This document shows positions 14,461-27,419 of a stretch of 64,000 nt of DNA, in pieces. The notes beneath the pieces are model-generated. The model was given only the letters and a program-made list of their open reading frames with translations, ran no database searches and was not told where the DNA came from. Each line of letters opens with the position of its first letter. The stretch's first letter is position 1. The DNA is from Ancylonema sp. Its lineage: Eukaryota. Location: positions 1-64,000 of the forward strand of contig JBFLGF010000054.1 in assembly GCA_050230475.1 (NCBI GenBank), in the 5' to 3' direction. Both the position numbers and the translations under genes were made by a program.

Positions 14461-15961
14461 CCACACATATCCGGAAGTACGACGGTAACATCGGGTGCCC
14501 AATCGAAATCAAATTGGTCATCAAATACGGAGACATTTATCCTTGAAATACATGATAGGCGTATGTTTCACCCAAACATGTGCAATTTTTTAATTCATTT
14601 TGTTCGTGCAAGAATCGGGCGTTCATTAATAGACCCGCTGTTCTCATTTTCTCTCTTCTTTAAATTTGATTGAATTTGCACACGTTTTTATCAATATTTT
14701 CTCCTTCTTCGTTTTTACGAGTCCCAAAAATGGATCAACCGGGGCTTCCATTTTTACTTGAGTATGGTAATTAAAAAAAAGTGGAATGCTATCAAAATTT
14801 ATGTGTACATTTATGTAGTTTGTACATATTTTATTTTTGTATTTTATATATTATTTTATTTAAGATTTATTTTTCGTTTCGGCAGCCTAAACCTACACAC
14901 TAAAAATAAAATCTGGGTTAATGGGGTCCGGTGGGGGGGCGTCAAGGGTATAAAGGGACAAATACAGGCCATAGAGGCCTAAGTATAAGAATACCGGTAA
15001 ACTGATCTTTAACGATCACGGTGTTCAGCATTTTAGGAGCTAATTTGACCGTTACCAGAGGGGGTATGTGAATAAATAGTCGCCCGGAAGGGGTGGGCGA
15101 ATTGCTGGGGCCTACAAATTATTTACTCGGGGGTGGGCGGATTGCTGGGTCTTTGGCTTATTATTTCGATCTCCGGAGGGGTGGGGCATTAAATCTGGCC
15201 GGTACGGTATGCCGTGGTTTTCAACCACGTCTTAAACCAACTTGGTTTGAGTTACAGTGCGTACATTTACCAATCGCAACGCCAAATGTAAACGTGACGT
15301 TCACGAACAACCCGTTCCCTCTTCACCCCCCGTACCACAGTTTCTCCGGAGGCAACGCTGGTGAGCATGTGGCCTTGCACGTCCACATGGACATCGAAGG
15401 CGGCGTCCAGGCGATTCTGAAATAGGCGCTTCTGCGACCTGCCTGCTTATCGGGTCTGTCTGGATTCTACTCTTGTCACTACGAAGCGCCCATCGACCTG
15501 TGGCGAATTGTAGAGCCGTATTATCTTGTCTACACATCTTTGTCAACATTTTATCGGTAGTCGCAGTCAGTAAACGAGAATTTCACCATATGCACCAGCC
15601 TCAAAGTTGGCGGCAATGTACTCTCTCGACTTCGTCTGACTTTGCTGTTTGCACGTGTCCAGGTGCATTGAATGTCAGCTGCAGATTCTCTGATCTCCCT
15701 CTCGCCCCTCACCCTTACGTCAGCCCTTAAAGCCCCCCTCCACTTTCTCCTCACCAGGTCTGCGGCAGATTTCTCATGCATGGCAAATGCTGACAAATTT
15801 TGTCCTTCTGAAAATGGCACGATTTCAAAAGGCCCCGATAAGTGACACCGTGTGGCGAAAATCCCCATGACAGAATCCGGAACGTGAACGAGGTGGCAGT
15901 TCTGAAGGAGATCGGGGACGGGGCCGCAGTGTTTGACACCCTTTTAACGCACTATGAAGAC

Positions 15962-18900
15962 ATGGCTGTCACCACCGAGGTGAAGTTAAGGGTTCTCTAT
16001 TCTGAGGATTTTCCATCTGTCAAGTGTTTCCAGCGTGGAAGGGTCGTCTCCCGGTCGACACTAGGGGGGATGGGGAAATAGGAATGCGTGCAGATCTCAA
16101 GAGGCAGCAGAATTTAGGGTTTTGAATTTTAGGGTAATGTTTGAAGTGGACGGCCGGCCATCTGGGCGGTTGTGGTTGGGGTTGGGCATGAAACTGAGGG
16201 TCCGAATTGGCGTAGACCTGCGCAGACCCGTCAGGCGGTGATATGGCTCTGTCATGGGTCGAATAGGTGTTTAGTAGAGTTTAGGGGTTAGAGAAGTTTC
16301 ATAGTTGCTATTTTGGAGCTCACAGACAACAGCTTGCTGGAGTTTGGTGATCTTTGGGTCCATTCATCCGTTTCATGTTTCTGACTTTTGTTTAGACTTC
16401 AAATGGATAGAGTAGGCAAGTCAATTGCCAGGGATGGGGGGGGAAGGGTAGCTGGCGGAGGTGACATCTGGTCTTGATACCCGTGGGTGTAATTTAAATT
16501 TGAAATAGACATGAAGGATTTGATTACCAGTTTTCTATGCCATTTTGCGGTTTTGTGTGCTGCAGAAGTTGCAGGCAGGCTGGAATTCGCTGTGGGAGGC
16601 GCAGGACCCTCTGCTGCTTCCCGCACTACCGCTTATAGGTGACAACAGACGTACAGTCGGCCTCCCTGTAGGCTCCCCTCTGTATAAGCAATCATTTTAT
16701 GATGGACCCAAAAGCTCATAACGGAATTTATCGCTGCTACATTGCTCGTCCTTTTTAAGAGCACACCCTCTGTACTGTAAACTCCGATATAAGATACCTA
16801 TAGAGCCGAATAAATGTTTCATATCGAATGTTGTAAAAGTATGTAACATTTCGAGTGTGAGAACCCTAAAAGACCCCAAATGGTTTCTCCTAGCGAAAAG
16901 TACTCGATACCAAAGGCTTCTTACTACGTGGTTTAACTGTGTGGGCATCAAAACACCTCCTGCTCAAGGCTGTCTGCAGAGAAGATTTCCCCTCAGGATG
17001 GAGTGAGAGCAGCAGGGTTGATAATTTTTGGAGCAATCAATGTTGTGGCGAATCATATGTCATCGCAAACTGGTTTACCACTGTCATCTTAGTAATGATT
17101 GGATGTTCTGAGCCTTTGTAGGGGGGTTCGTATTGCGGTGTGGATTTTATATGTGTGTTTACGTAGAGTCTGTTATAACCCAATGCCGTTGCCCACTGTA
17201 ATGATATTACAGTTTGTAGTAAATCAGACAGGGTGAGGTGGACAGACTTCTCTTCTCTTCTTACTCCGTACAGCAAGTGCAACGACCACTTTCATGTGTA
17301 TGTAGGACTCTATCTCCCATCCTATTGACTTAATGCACCACCATAACCACCCCATCCCCCCCCAACCCTCCATACCTCACACCCGTAACCCCCCAACCTA
17401 CAACCCCCAACCCCCGAACCTAGTGCTTATTTCTATCAGGTGACCAGATGTCCCACGCCAACCGAATGAGAGCCCTCTTGATGGAGAAAATGGAATCAGT
17501 ACTCGGCAAACTTGAGGTGGGCCAACCCCCCCCCCACCATGCTCTCCCTTGCCTTGGTGGTGCAGAATTCCCGATTTTTCTGACAGGCCTCTCTGGCTCG
17601 TGTGCCTGTCAGGGCATGACACCTGTCCTGTTGCAGTTGGCCCAAATGAATGCTCAAGTGGCCGAGGTGAGTCTCTGAACCCTAACCCCCGAATTCTCCC
17701 CCCCAGGTGGGTGTTGAGGAAGGGGTGGTGGGGCCCGCAGGAGCTGTGGCTGGAGGGAGTTCACCGATTGGCCACTGAGAAACGCCTCCTGTGAGAGGAC
17801 GACACCTGGCAGGGCATGGGGGGGAGGTAGCTGTGTGTATACAGATAGATATGTATACGTGTACGTCATGATATATTAATACTTAATAATACTTAATAAT
17901 ACTTAATATTACTCAATAATATGATGTCTACATTTTTGAATTCGTGGATGCACACAGCTTGAGATTTGGGAGTGAGTGTGTGGAATGCAGTCTGCCTCCT
18001 GAAAACCAAGTGGGACCGCTGGGAGACTTTAAAGTGAAGTGGTAAAGTGGGCAACAGCTGTTGTCCTGAGACTGGTACTGGTACGCTGGATGACGTGGCA
18101 GGGCAACAGTGGAGCGTGAGGTGGGTTCTCGGATCACTGCCATCTGCCAAGAAAAGGGGGTGGGAGACATGAGGTAATGGGGGAAGAAGGGAAGAACGGA
18201 AGAAGGGAGAAAAAAAGTTTGTCCCTTGTAACCATTGTCTCACCTGATTCAACTTTGATTCCTGCCAGGCCCCTTGCTGACGTCATCGATGACATGGCAC
18301 ATGGCCGTGGGCCCCAGCAGCTCTTGCCACCTGGAACAGCAACAGAGCGCCACCTGGATGGGGTTGGTGGCCCACAGGAGAAGGCAACAGAAGGCGGCGG
18401 GGGTAGAGGGGATTGGGCGGCTGAGATGGTGCCAGGTGGCAAGCGGGGAGGGGGAGGTGGTGATGACGTGTCCGAGAAAGAGGGGGTACGAAAAGAGGGG
18501 GTACGAAAAGAGGGGGAGGAGGCAGTTTGTATGGATGTCGATGTAGTGCCAGGTCAGCAGGAAACTTTGCCAGCTGGACAGGCAGAGGATTTGCCAGCTG
18601 GACACCCAGGTCTAGATTGTGGAAGCAGTCGGGTGCGTTTGCGGTCTGCTGAGCTGGCGATGGGGAGTGCTGACATTGCACAGGGCGGCCCAGCTGTCAA
18701 GAAACCGAAACTCACCAACCTGATTTTAAGATCTGAGTCCAGAGAGCATTGCCAGGTGTCATCGCCAGAGCGGCTGTCTACTCAGAGCCATGGCACCAAA
18801 ACAGGCACTGAAAATGGGGAATCTCAGACAGGAGGTAGCCCCCCTTCCTCTCCGCCCCCCTCCGCCCCTCTCCCCCCTCCCCACGCACCTCCCCCCCTCC

Positions 18901-20027
18901 AGCCACCAATGCACCCCCCATCCACCCCCCTCTCCACCCCCCCTTCCTCACTCAGACCCTCTACCTCCCTCACCCCCCACGGCTCCAACTCGCCCAACAA
19001 AATATCAACGTCTGCATCAGAGGAGAGACTGCCTGGGCAGAAAAAGAAGTACCTAAACACTCCGCTCAAAGACAGCTCCAGCCTATCCCAGCCGTACTCA
19101 ACCCCAATTCCCACCCCCACCCCCCTTTCTGGCGACAGAGAGAACCCGTCGAATGTTCTCCCGCTGCCGCCACCTGTCCACCCTTCCATCCTTCCCCAAC
19201 CGTCATGCTCTCCCCAAATGGAAACGTCCCCCCCCCAGCCGCCCAACCCCGAGAACCCGTTGGATTGTGCCGATACCAAACCTACTTTGGACCCCACCCC
19301 ACCCTCCCCAACCGCCCCCTGCCACAACCCCATCCCCTATCCGTCCCCAACCCCCTCCATTCCTCTACTCTTGCTTGGAGTCCACTTTGAGGCGAATTCC
19401 ACCCCTCCTCCCGCTCCCCCCCCTCCCCACCCTCCCCCTCCTCCCCCCCCTCCCCCACCTCCCCCCCCTTCTTCTGACCTCCCCAGTACCGAAATCCAGA
19501 TTCCACATGCGCAACTCCTGAAAGACTACAGATCCCAAAAACCCCCCAACAAAGACAAAGAAACCCTTTGTTGCTTTGAACCCAAAGCCCCACATACTTC
19601 TCCCCCGTCTCCCCTCCCCCTTCCCACCCCCCAATCCCCTCTTCATCCCCCCCATCCACCTGCCCCAGATGGCACCTGCCCCCAACTTCTGGGGGGGAGG
19701 GAGGCAGAGGCGTATCCTGAAGCCCAAATGGAAGGCGTCCCAGATGAGTCAGAGACACGTCAGTACAGAAATCTGCCACCTCAGCAGGAGTATGTGATGG
19801 TTGAACCGATGAGTCAGCACCAGGCTGGTACTGAGTCAGTATCAGCAGGGCATGAGTCAGCAGCAAATACAGAGATAGTGGGATCTCTCCACGATGGAAG
19901 GGGGGAAGGGGTGGAGGAGGGTGGGGGGAGGTTGGTGGAGTTGGGTTGTATGGAGTCGCCTCCCTTTTCAGGCCAATCGCATTTAGAAAATGGAGAAGAT
20001 TTAGTCGACACCGAGCCGTATGAATAG
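15962..20027 (+). CDS. Hypothetical protein: short helical N-terminal region plus a long Pro/Ser-rich disordered C-terminal exon; 5' end uncertain
   Basis: Phase-consistent GT-AG exons ..15979, 16566-16638, 17440-17516, 17637-17666, 17741-17790, 18269-20027 (MAVTTE-KLQAGWNSLWEAQDP..-DQMSHANRMRALLMEKMES..-LAQMNAQVAE-ELWLEGVHRLATEKRLL-PLADVIDDM..). NLS-like PAVKKPKL. No family recognised. Confidence 0.6.
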
Positions 20028-21618
20028 TGGGTAGCCATTCATCATAGTGGTAGTCACTAGTGCATTGTGTATTGAAAAACGTGTAGATGGTCTTGGAAAG
20101 AAACTCTTATGAAAGAAATGTAGGTTGTGCCCTTTCCAATTGTGCCCTTGCATATCAAGTGTTGTTTACCTCGCAACCAATTTATGTGTCGCAGAGTTGT
20201 CGTTGGCGATTCCACAAAGTACTGCGCTGAGATCAGTTCTAAGTTGTGGAGTAGAAGTCAGTAAAAAACATTTAGGGAGAGTCTTGAGCTTGAGCAAAAC
20301 GCTCCACACGAAAAGAGTGTATGGGGATGTCTAATCACAAGGCAATTCAACTACAACGTGGGATTGAATTTAGGGAGGTTGGGCACCTTTGATACCGGAA
20401 AGACGAGCAAAAGATTTCAAGCCGTGCCACATACGAAAATGCAACTAGTGTCACAACCTCAGGGTTGCGCGTGTGTAACTCCCGGATACGCATATAAAAC
20501 GCGTGTGCCTATGCGTGAGGTGCCTGGATTGACGTGCCTTGTGTATGCGCATGAGCATGTGCAAATTAACGGATGGTCCACCTACGAATAGGTGCATAGC
20601 ACATACGTTTCAGTGATCCATATGAGACAACATTATCTTGAACCGGGTTCACAACGATGATGTGGCAATGGGTGTCCTAAGTCATGGACGCGCGAAGTGG
20701 GTCTTAGCTATCACCGAAGGGTACTGCTACTTGCGGCGACATTCGTCGTATCAACTACACGCATTACAATAGGGTTTCTTATTAATATAATTGGTAGGAC
20801 ATTGCTCCATTAATTGATATTGATTCAACCATGGCAACATTTCGGTCTCGCGGATTGTGGAGTTGGCCCATTTCTGGTGTGGTTGTTCTAGAGGAGAGGA
20901 GTAGGGCTGGGTGCGAAAAGAGGGACAAATTACCGTTTCGTGCTCTCTTTCCATCTCGACACAAACTCGTCTACCTAGCAAGTATTTATAGTGGGGCAAT
21001 GCATTGGGATACTACCGCAAAACTTGTGTCACCCCGTAGCATACTTGTCAACCCTAGTTTTCAGATCAATAGTTGCCCACCCTTGCTCTCGAGTGTTCAT
21101 TAGAGCACTAAATATATAACGCGGATCGCAACACTCAATAATCAAGTTAAACAACGAATGGTTTGAGTTTCATTTGTTTTTTGACTTCGTTTGCTAAATC
21201 GATAGTTATTATCGTGTCACTCTGTTTATGATCGTGTTGTGTAAATTCTCCCTCGTAGTGATAATCAACTTAAGAACTGGTGTACAACCGCCGCCGTTTG
21301 GTCGTCAGTCATTGCATCCGAACGTAATAAATCATTTCAACATTTGCAAACTTGCATCATTTAGGGGGTAAGACCCAACATAAGTGTACCGACATATGCA
21401 CACAAAAAAAACACAACTTACCCCCTCCCCCTATCTTTCCACCTCGATTTTCTTATCTGGAAAATGTCCAACCGTTGTTGGCTCTACTCGAGGGTCAGAT
21501 CGAGCAAGAATGGGTCCTTTTCTCCCTACGTGGAACCAACTAATAGGGGTATGCGGATCGAGGAGTTGGGGGTAGAATAAACACCAGGTAATATAGGGTG
21601 GGATGGGCTGAGTGGGGA

Positions 21619-22460
21619 TAGGGTTGGCGACACCGCATTTTCGGCCCGCGGTATGGGGTTCTACCCGGTTTCTTCCCCCTACCGCTTACCGCCGCCCCAA
21701 GTAGGGCGGCGGTAGGCGGTAGGGAAAGCGGTAGGGAGACAACGAAAGGATTTTATTAGGATTTTGTTTTTCTCGCGTGAAATCAATAGAAAAAGTTGCA
21801 ACCCAAAAGGAAGGAAAAAATATATCACACAAAGTATACACGTGTGCATCCTTGTCAATAGCTTCGTGATATGTTTATAATTAAAATTTTATTTTATATG
21901 TGAAACCAAAATATAGTAACCCGTAGAAGAGACGCGAAACTATTCATATAAGTTGAGCTAATAAATTACAACCACTATATATATTAAAACCTGTCGTAAT
22001 TTATACTATCTTCAATACTAACTTGTCTAAATCAATTCTGTTTACCGGTCCCGACTTTCGGCGAGTTGTAACTATCAACAAACCTCTAGAATGTGATTAT
22101 CAATACTTATGCCCGGGTCCCGCCGACGTGTTGATTAATAATGTACGGAAAGTTTACGTATTTGTACACAGCATGTGTTTACGGTTTACGTTCTACGGTT
22201 TTAGGTTGAAAGAAAAACCGAAGAAAGACCGGAAATTGTTTGATTCCCTACCGAACCCTCCCGATCCCTACCGATACCTACCGATACCTACCGATTCCAA
22301 CCTACCGCCCTACACCCTACCGAGGCAACCGCGGTTGGGCTAAATTCCCTACCCCCCACCGCATATTTGGGAAACGGTAGCTACCGCGGTAGCTACCGTG
22401 GTAGGACGGTAGGGAGTAGGGCGGTAGGAGTCGTACCGTAGGACGGTGTGGCCAGCCCTA
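21619..22460. mobile_element. hAT-like MITE
   Basis: TIR TAGGGTTGGCGACACCG vs TAGGGCTGGCCACACCG (15/17). Degenerate 8-bp TSD AGTGGGGA/AGTGGAGC. CCTACCG/CGGTAGG subterminal repeats. Confidence 0.85.
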
Positions 22461-23774
22461 AGTGGAGCTAGACGAGGTCGGATGGCAAACCCCTGTGCCA
22501 AGGCAGACGAGGTTGGACCCATCCGTCGCCACGATGATATACACCCTCACCTCGGTATCACGTTTTTTTGAGTTACATCGAATTGTTACTATGTAATAAA
22601 TGAATTGTACTGTAATATCTTCTTCGTACGGTACTAGAAAATGTTAACATAACGAGAGATTTACGGTTAAGCACGTGTAAGAATAGATGGTTGCATGTTT
22701 TGCGCGCTTGGGCCAACAACACTAATTCCTGGAAGGGTCGAGTCGGTGGAGAGTTAACGGATCCTTAAGAGGGTATCCCGATTTTTTCCTCATCTTTCTT
22801 CATATATTTTGTAATACAACGTATAAGACGCATGAAGAACATATCTATGTTAGTGTAGTAACCTTCCAATAGTAAAACTCGGTTCTAGGGGGTTACAATA
22901 GCGCATTGTACCATACAGAGAGAGAATTGTCGTACAATGCACTATGTTACTGTATAACTTGTCAAAAAGAATATTTTTAAAAAGGATAACCTCTTTAAAT
23001 AAACAAATAATATCGGTCCCGAAACCGGAATTATTAGGGACCGTCTCCGTCCAAGTGAATAACATGTCTATTTCCCCCCCCGGATTTTTCTTGGTATTCC
23101 TTTAAACATGACAGCCTTACAATAAACCCTTCGTAGAGTGACACATTTAAGGATAGGTTTATGGATGGGTTTTGTGCCATTAAATCGAATGCTAGGATTG
23201 TTACCATACATTGTACGATGACATTTGGTAGGGCAACATTAGGCAGATGTCACTCTATCGAGGGAACGTGAAATTTAGGTATTTTAAGCTATTAGAACGG
23301 GTTCGCAACGGTTTTTTTAAAGGGAGATGGGTCATTTGAACGGAGTTTTTTATAATATCCACTCCCTACGGTAAAACATGTCTAGATAAACACTATCGGG
23401 ACCGGAATAAAGTATTGTTTTTCACACGTTTATGTATTGGGTAACAAACCGAAAGCAGGCCGCAGATTTTAACTAGATTATAGATTCGCTAAGTACGAGT
23501 TCATACACGTTTCACTCTACACTAACATCGGAGTACTAAAATCTGGGAAATTTGGGTCACTATGACGTGTGGCACTATAGCGATTGCCTCTAAACATAGT
23601 GGGTTTTTATGTAGGATTAGAGAAAGGGCAAATAATATGTTATCATATCGAGATTAACATTGTAGAATGTGTTATTCTATCAAGGGTTTAATGTTCACAT
23701 ACAGACTTGTCAGACTTTGAGGCTTCCATAACGAGAATATTACAATGTTGAGGGTGGCTATATCGAGTTATGAC

Positions 23775-24446
23775 CAGTGTTGCACGGGGACGGCAAAAAT
23801 GTTTGCAAACGTCGTTTTGCAAACGCGTACGTACGGAATACTTGGTACAACGAAAAAATTAAACTGCGTTTGCAAACGTTTGCACTTGCGAACGGTTTTC
23901 AAAGGTTCGAATTCGCAAATGTTTTTCAAACGTCAGCAACGCATTTCTTCAGTTTATCTGTAGTACACTTCCGGTAACTGAAGTACGAAAATTTGCAAGA
24001 CTCGTCATCATTGGTTCGTGACGTTTACCATTAAAACGTAACCAATATTTTTTGAAAACTCCGTCGTACCTTCGTATAGCTAGAACGATTTAGAGCTCTC
24101 CAAGGATCTCAGGTTCCGGAGTCTTCGGGAATAAATGGTTTTTACTGAGAAATATGGTAAAGTTGATTTGGTGAAAAAAAAAAAAAAAAAACTTGTACAC
24201 GCAAACATTTGCATCCGTACAATCCGTACACGTTTGCCGCATCTCACGGACGTATTTCAAACGTATGCAATCGCAAACGTTTGCATCCGTACAGTCCGTA
24301 CACGTTTGCCGCATTTCACGGACGTATTTTGGACGTTTGCGAACAAATCCGTACGACGTTTGCATCGCCAAGAACGACAGATTGCTCTCGGCCCCGTGCG
24401 GAAAACGTGCCGTACGGAATACGGTCGGCGTCCCCGTGCAACTATG
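23775..24446. mobile_element. hAT-like MITE (CATAGTTGCAC family)
   Basis: TIR CAGTGTTGCACGGGGACG vs CATAGTTGCACGGGGACG (16/18). Degenerate TSD GTTATGAC/GCTTAGAC. GCAAACGTTTGC subterminal repeats and an internal ~70-bp tandem duplication. Confidence 0.85.
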
Positions 24447-24752
24447 GCTTAGACTGACTGTACAATGTTTTCTCGATGTTATGACCCTCAATATAAGGAC
24501 AACCTCGATATAAACATATGATTTTTCATCTCGATAAAAGCATAACGACACTCTGTATAAAAACAAATTATTTAATAATCTTGTTAGTGAATGTCATTAT
24601 ACTGTGTATAGAAAAGGATGTCTCTCGAATATAACGATGTGTGGAAATCGAGAAAAATATAGAATCCATAAATTACAAAAAAACGGTGATAAAATTATGG
24701 GTGCAAACATATATTCAACGTTTCTTACATGCAACTTAGGATTAATTTAGAG

Positions 24753-25199
24753 CATCCGCTACGGCCTCGCATATCATCCTGACTTTCGACATCTGCCACT
24801 AATATGCGCAAATCATCCAAAATGGCGAACGTTACGGCGTGCGCATATAATTATGCTCAAGCCATTCTACCGGATGATTTACGCATCTTCCGTCGCGAAT
24901 TTTCCCAAAGTATGAAGTAAGAAGTTTGCGTAAACATCGGGCTGAGCATAATCTCTGGACCAATCACATCCTCGTACCGTTCGCCTACGTGGCAAAAAAA
25001 TTAAAAGTTTCATCCGGACCAATCGGAAACTCGGAAACTCGGAAACTCAATCTTCTCAAATATTTGTTGAGATTATGCTGAGGCTTGAACGTTTGCCAAC
25101 GGATGAAAATTAAGCATATGTCATTTTGCCGCATGATAAACTGATCATCATCGAGCATATCTCCAAGATGCTCAAAGATTTGCGAGGCCGTAACGCATG
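24753..25199. mobile_element. MITE with 23-bp imperfect TIR
   Basis: CATCCGCTACGGCCTCGCATATC vs reverse complement CATGCGTTACGGCCTCGCAAATC (20/23); no clear TSD. Confidence 0.65.
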
Positions 25200-25916
25200 A
25201 TCTTATAGTACGTGTGTCAGAAAATTATGCCTTTGTTGGTGACAATCTTGTAATCTATTTCCAATCACGAAAATGGACACTAAGGATTCTGATAAAATGT
25301 GGTTTGTTGGAATGTACAAAGCTTGTGTATTTTCTTTGTGGTTCACGATTCGGACATGACAAGTATGGGTTTGTCTTGCCTTGTATACGAAATTTATGGC
25401 TATTGTGTCTACTCCATGTCCAACAAAATATGCACATATTTTGTTTCTTAGTACGGCCTCGATACTCACCAATTCTCCCCATGAGTAGTATAAATATAAT
25501 TTGCTAGTCGTAATGTATTGGTCTCATTACGCACTTATATAGCTTGCATCACAATACACAGCCAGAGCTAACGCGCCAAAAAATAATTACCATTTTGCCT
25601 GGCGCACACGTTTTTGACGTGTACTAAAATAATTATTTTGAACACGATGGCACATACTTTTACGGCAAATAAACTATTAAAATCGACGACAATCTGGCGC
25701 ACTACAAAAAACCAATGCATTTTTTTTTTAAACACTTGGCGCATTTGAAAAATATTTATTCAAAGTATTCTGGCGCATACTTTTGGCGCAGTCTAATCAA
25801 TCAATAAATCGCTGGCGCAACTGTTTGCAGCCTACTTCTAATAATTAATTTTCCGATTTTCCGGCGCATTATCTTTGGCTGGTACGGTACTCTAGGCAAC
25901 ACATTTGCCTCTTTAC

Positions 25917-26408
25917 CGTAGTTGGCTTCGCCTCGGGCGGGGAATTTTCCGCCGGGGCGGGCTCGCCCGGGGCGGAAAGCGGGGCGGAATTCGCGAGGCG
26001 GGGCCATAGGTCTAAAAACCCAAAAAAAAATAAAAATTGCCGCAATGCGCAGATATGGTCGGTTTTGTTCAAAATACCTTCCTCCATACGCTACACGTCC
26101 AACATCATCTAATGTCATCCATGAGTCCGGCTCCGTTGCGTGGCGTGGTATAATAGGATAGAAAATAAAAAATAAAAAAACACAACTTGAGATATATATA
26201 TAAAAAATTACCCGGGTAAAGATCGCAATCGGACTTAGTGTTATAAAATATCGAATGGTCGTCGGATTTTATATTTAAAAAAAAAACATGATCTACGTGG
26301 TCTTAGGATCCTTTCACAAAAAACCTAAAAATCTTTCATGCCCCCGCCCGGGGGGGGCCCGCCCGGGGCGGAAAGTTGGGGGGGATTTTCGGGGCGGAGC
26401 CAACTATG
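25917..26408. mobile_element. hAT-like MITE; a second copy lies at about 45620-46420
   Basis: TIR CGTAGTTGGCTTCGCCTCG vs CATAGTTGGCTCCGCCCCG (16/19). GGGCGG subterminal repeats. Internal sequence is collinear with 45640-45750 plus 46152-46415. Confidence 0.8.
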
Positions 26409-26461
26409 CTTCATTCACGAGGTCCCTCGATTATTAAGGACACGCAGTTTGAAATCTAGTA

Positions 26462-26966
26462 CAGTAAAACCTGTCTAAAGGAATACTGTATAAAGGAATA
26501 ACCTCTCTGAAGGAATAAAAAATCCCGGTCCCGACGTTGAGCGAGTGTAATTATTCCAAAACCTGCATAACTCTCTAAAAGGAATATTTTTTCGCGGCCC
26601 GCGAACGTGTAAAGGAATAATGTACGGAATTCGTACAGGTCCGTACAGATTTTTATAGGTTTTTAGGTGTTCGTACAGATATGCATACCTCCCAGATTGT
26701 GGGAAGTTGCAATTTGAGGCCCTACACGACAAAATTACGACCGGGCAACATTCGGCGGGTAGTACGAGCACCCGCCACGTCGAGTTTAATGTAAAAAAAG
26801 AACGTTTGTGGACCTCGAGTATCTCCCAGGTTGTGGGAAATCAGAGTCGTAGGCACATAGGAACGGGTTTTAGGACACTTGGAGTCGAAACTATCTAACT
26901 GAATAACCTGTCTAAAGGAATATAAAATCCCGGTCCCGAGAGTATTCCTTTAGACAGGTTTTACTG
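26462..26966. mobile_element. pogo/Tigger-like (Tc1-mariner) MITE, 505 bp
   Basis: Perfect 26-bp TIR CAGTAAAACCTGTCTAAAGGAATACT at both ends, flanked by TA duplication; internal AAGGAATA repeats. Confidence 0.95.
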
Positions 26967-27419
26967 TAGTGAATGTCCTTATACAGTGTATGATGACTCC
27001 TCGATAGAAGGACATTTTCTGCTGTTTTTTTTTGTCCTTATATCGAGGGATCACTGTATTGACGTAGTATCGAATTCTCGACCTTTGTCAGGTCAACGAC
27101 AGAACATGTGCTCCGACTTTCTCCTTGGAATCCGGAGAGATATTTCAAAACAAAATGGCGCACCTCCCCAACACTCTCGCTTTCCTCTTGTTTCTCTTGT
27201 TTCTCTGCTGAGGTCCACTCTGGACAAGATGTACAGGTCCCAAACGTGCGTCATCTAGAGCGAACATAGAGCGTGCTTCATAGTGAAGCATGTGCTGTCG
27301 CATGATGATGTGCATTGCAACTGGCGAGACGCCACTGTAACTGGCGAGGCTAAGGCGCACCATGCGGAATCCCATGGGGAAAAGTAGTACCGATATTTGA
27401 ATGCAAAAAATAGGCCGTC

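Noticed and set aside
22847..23528. 12-bp inverted repeat ATGTTAGTGTAG...CTACACTAACAT
   Set aside because: Short, with no TSD or subterminal structure; may be chance or an old element.
24200..24340. Tandem ~70-bp repeats that superficially resemble a CRISPR array
   Set aside because: No unique spacers and no cas genes; the repeats lie inside a TIR-bounded MITE in eukaryotic DNA.
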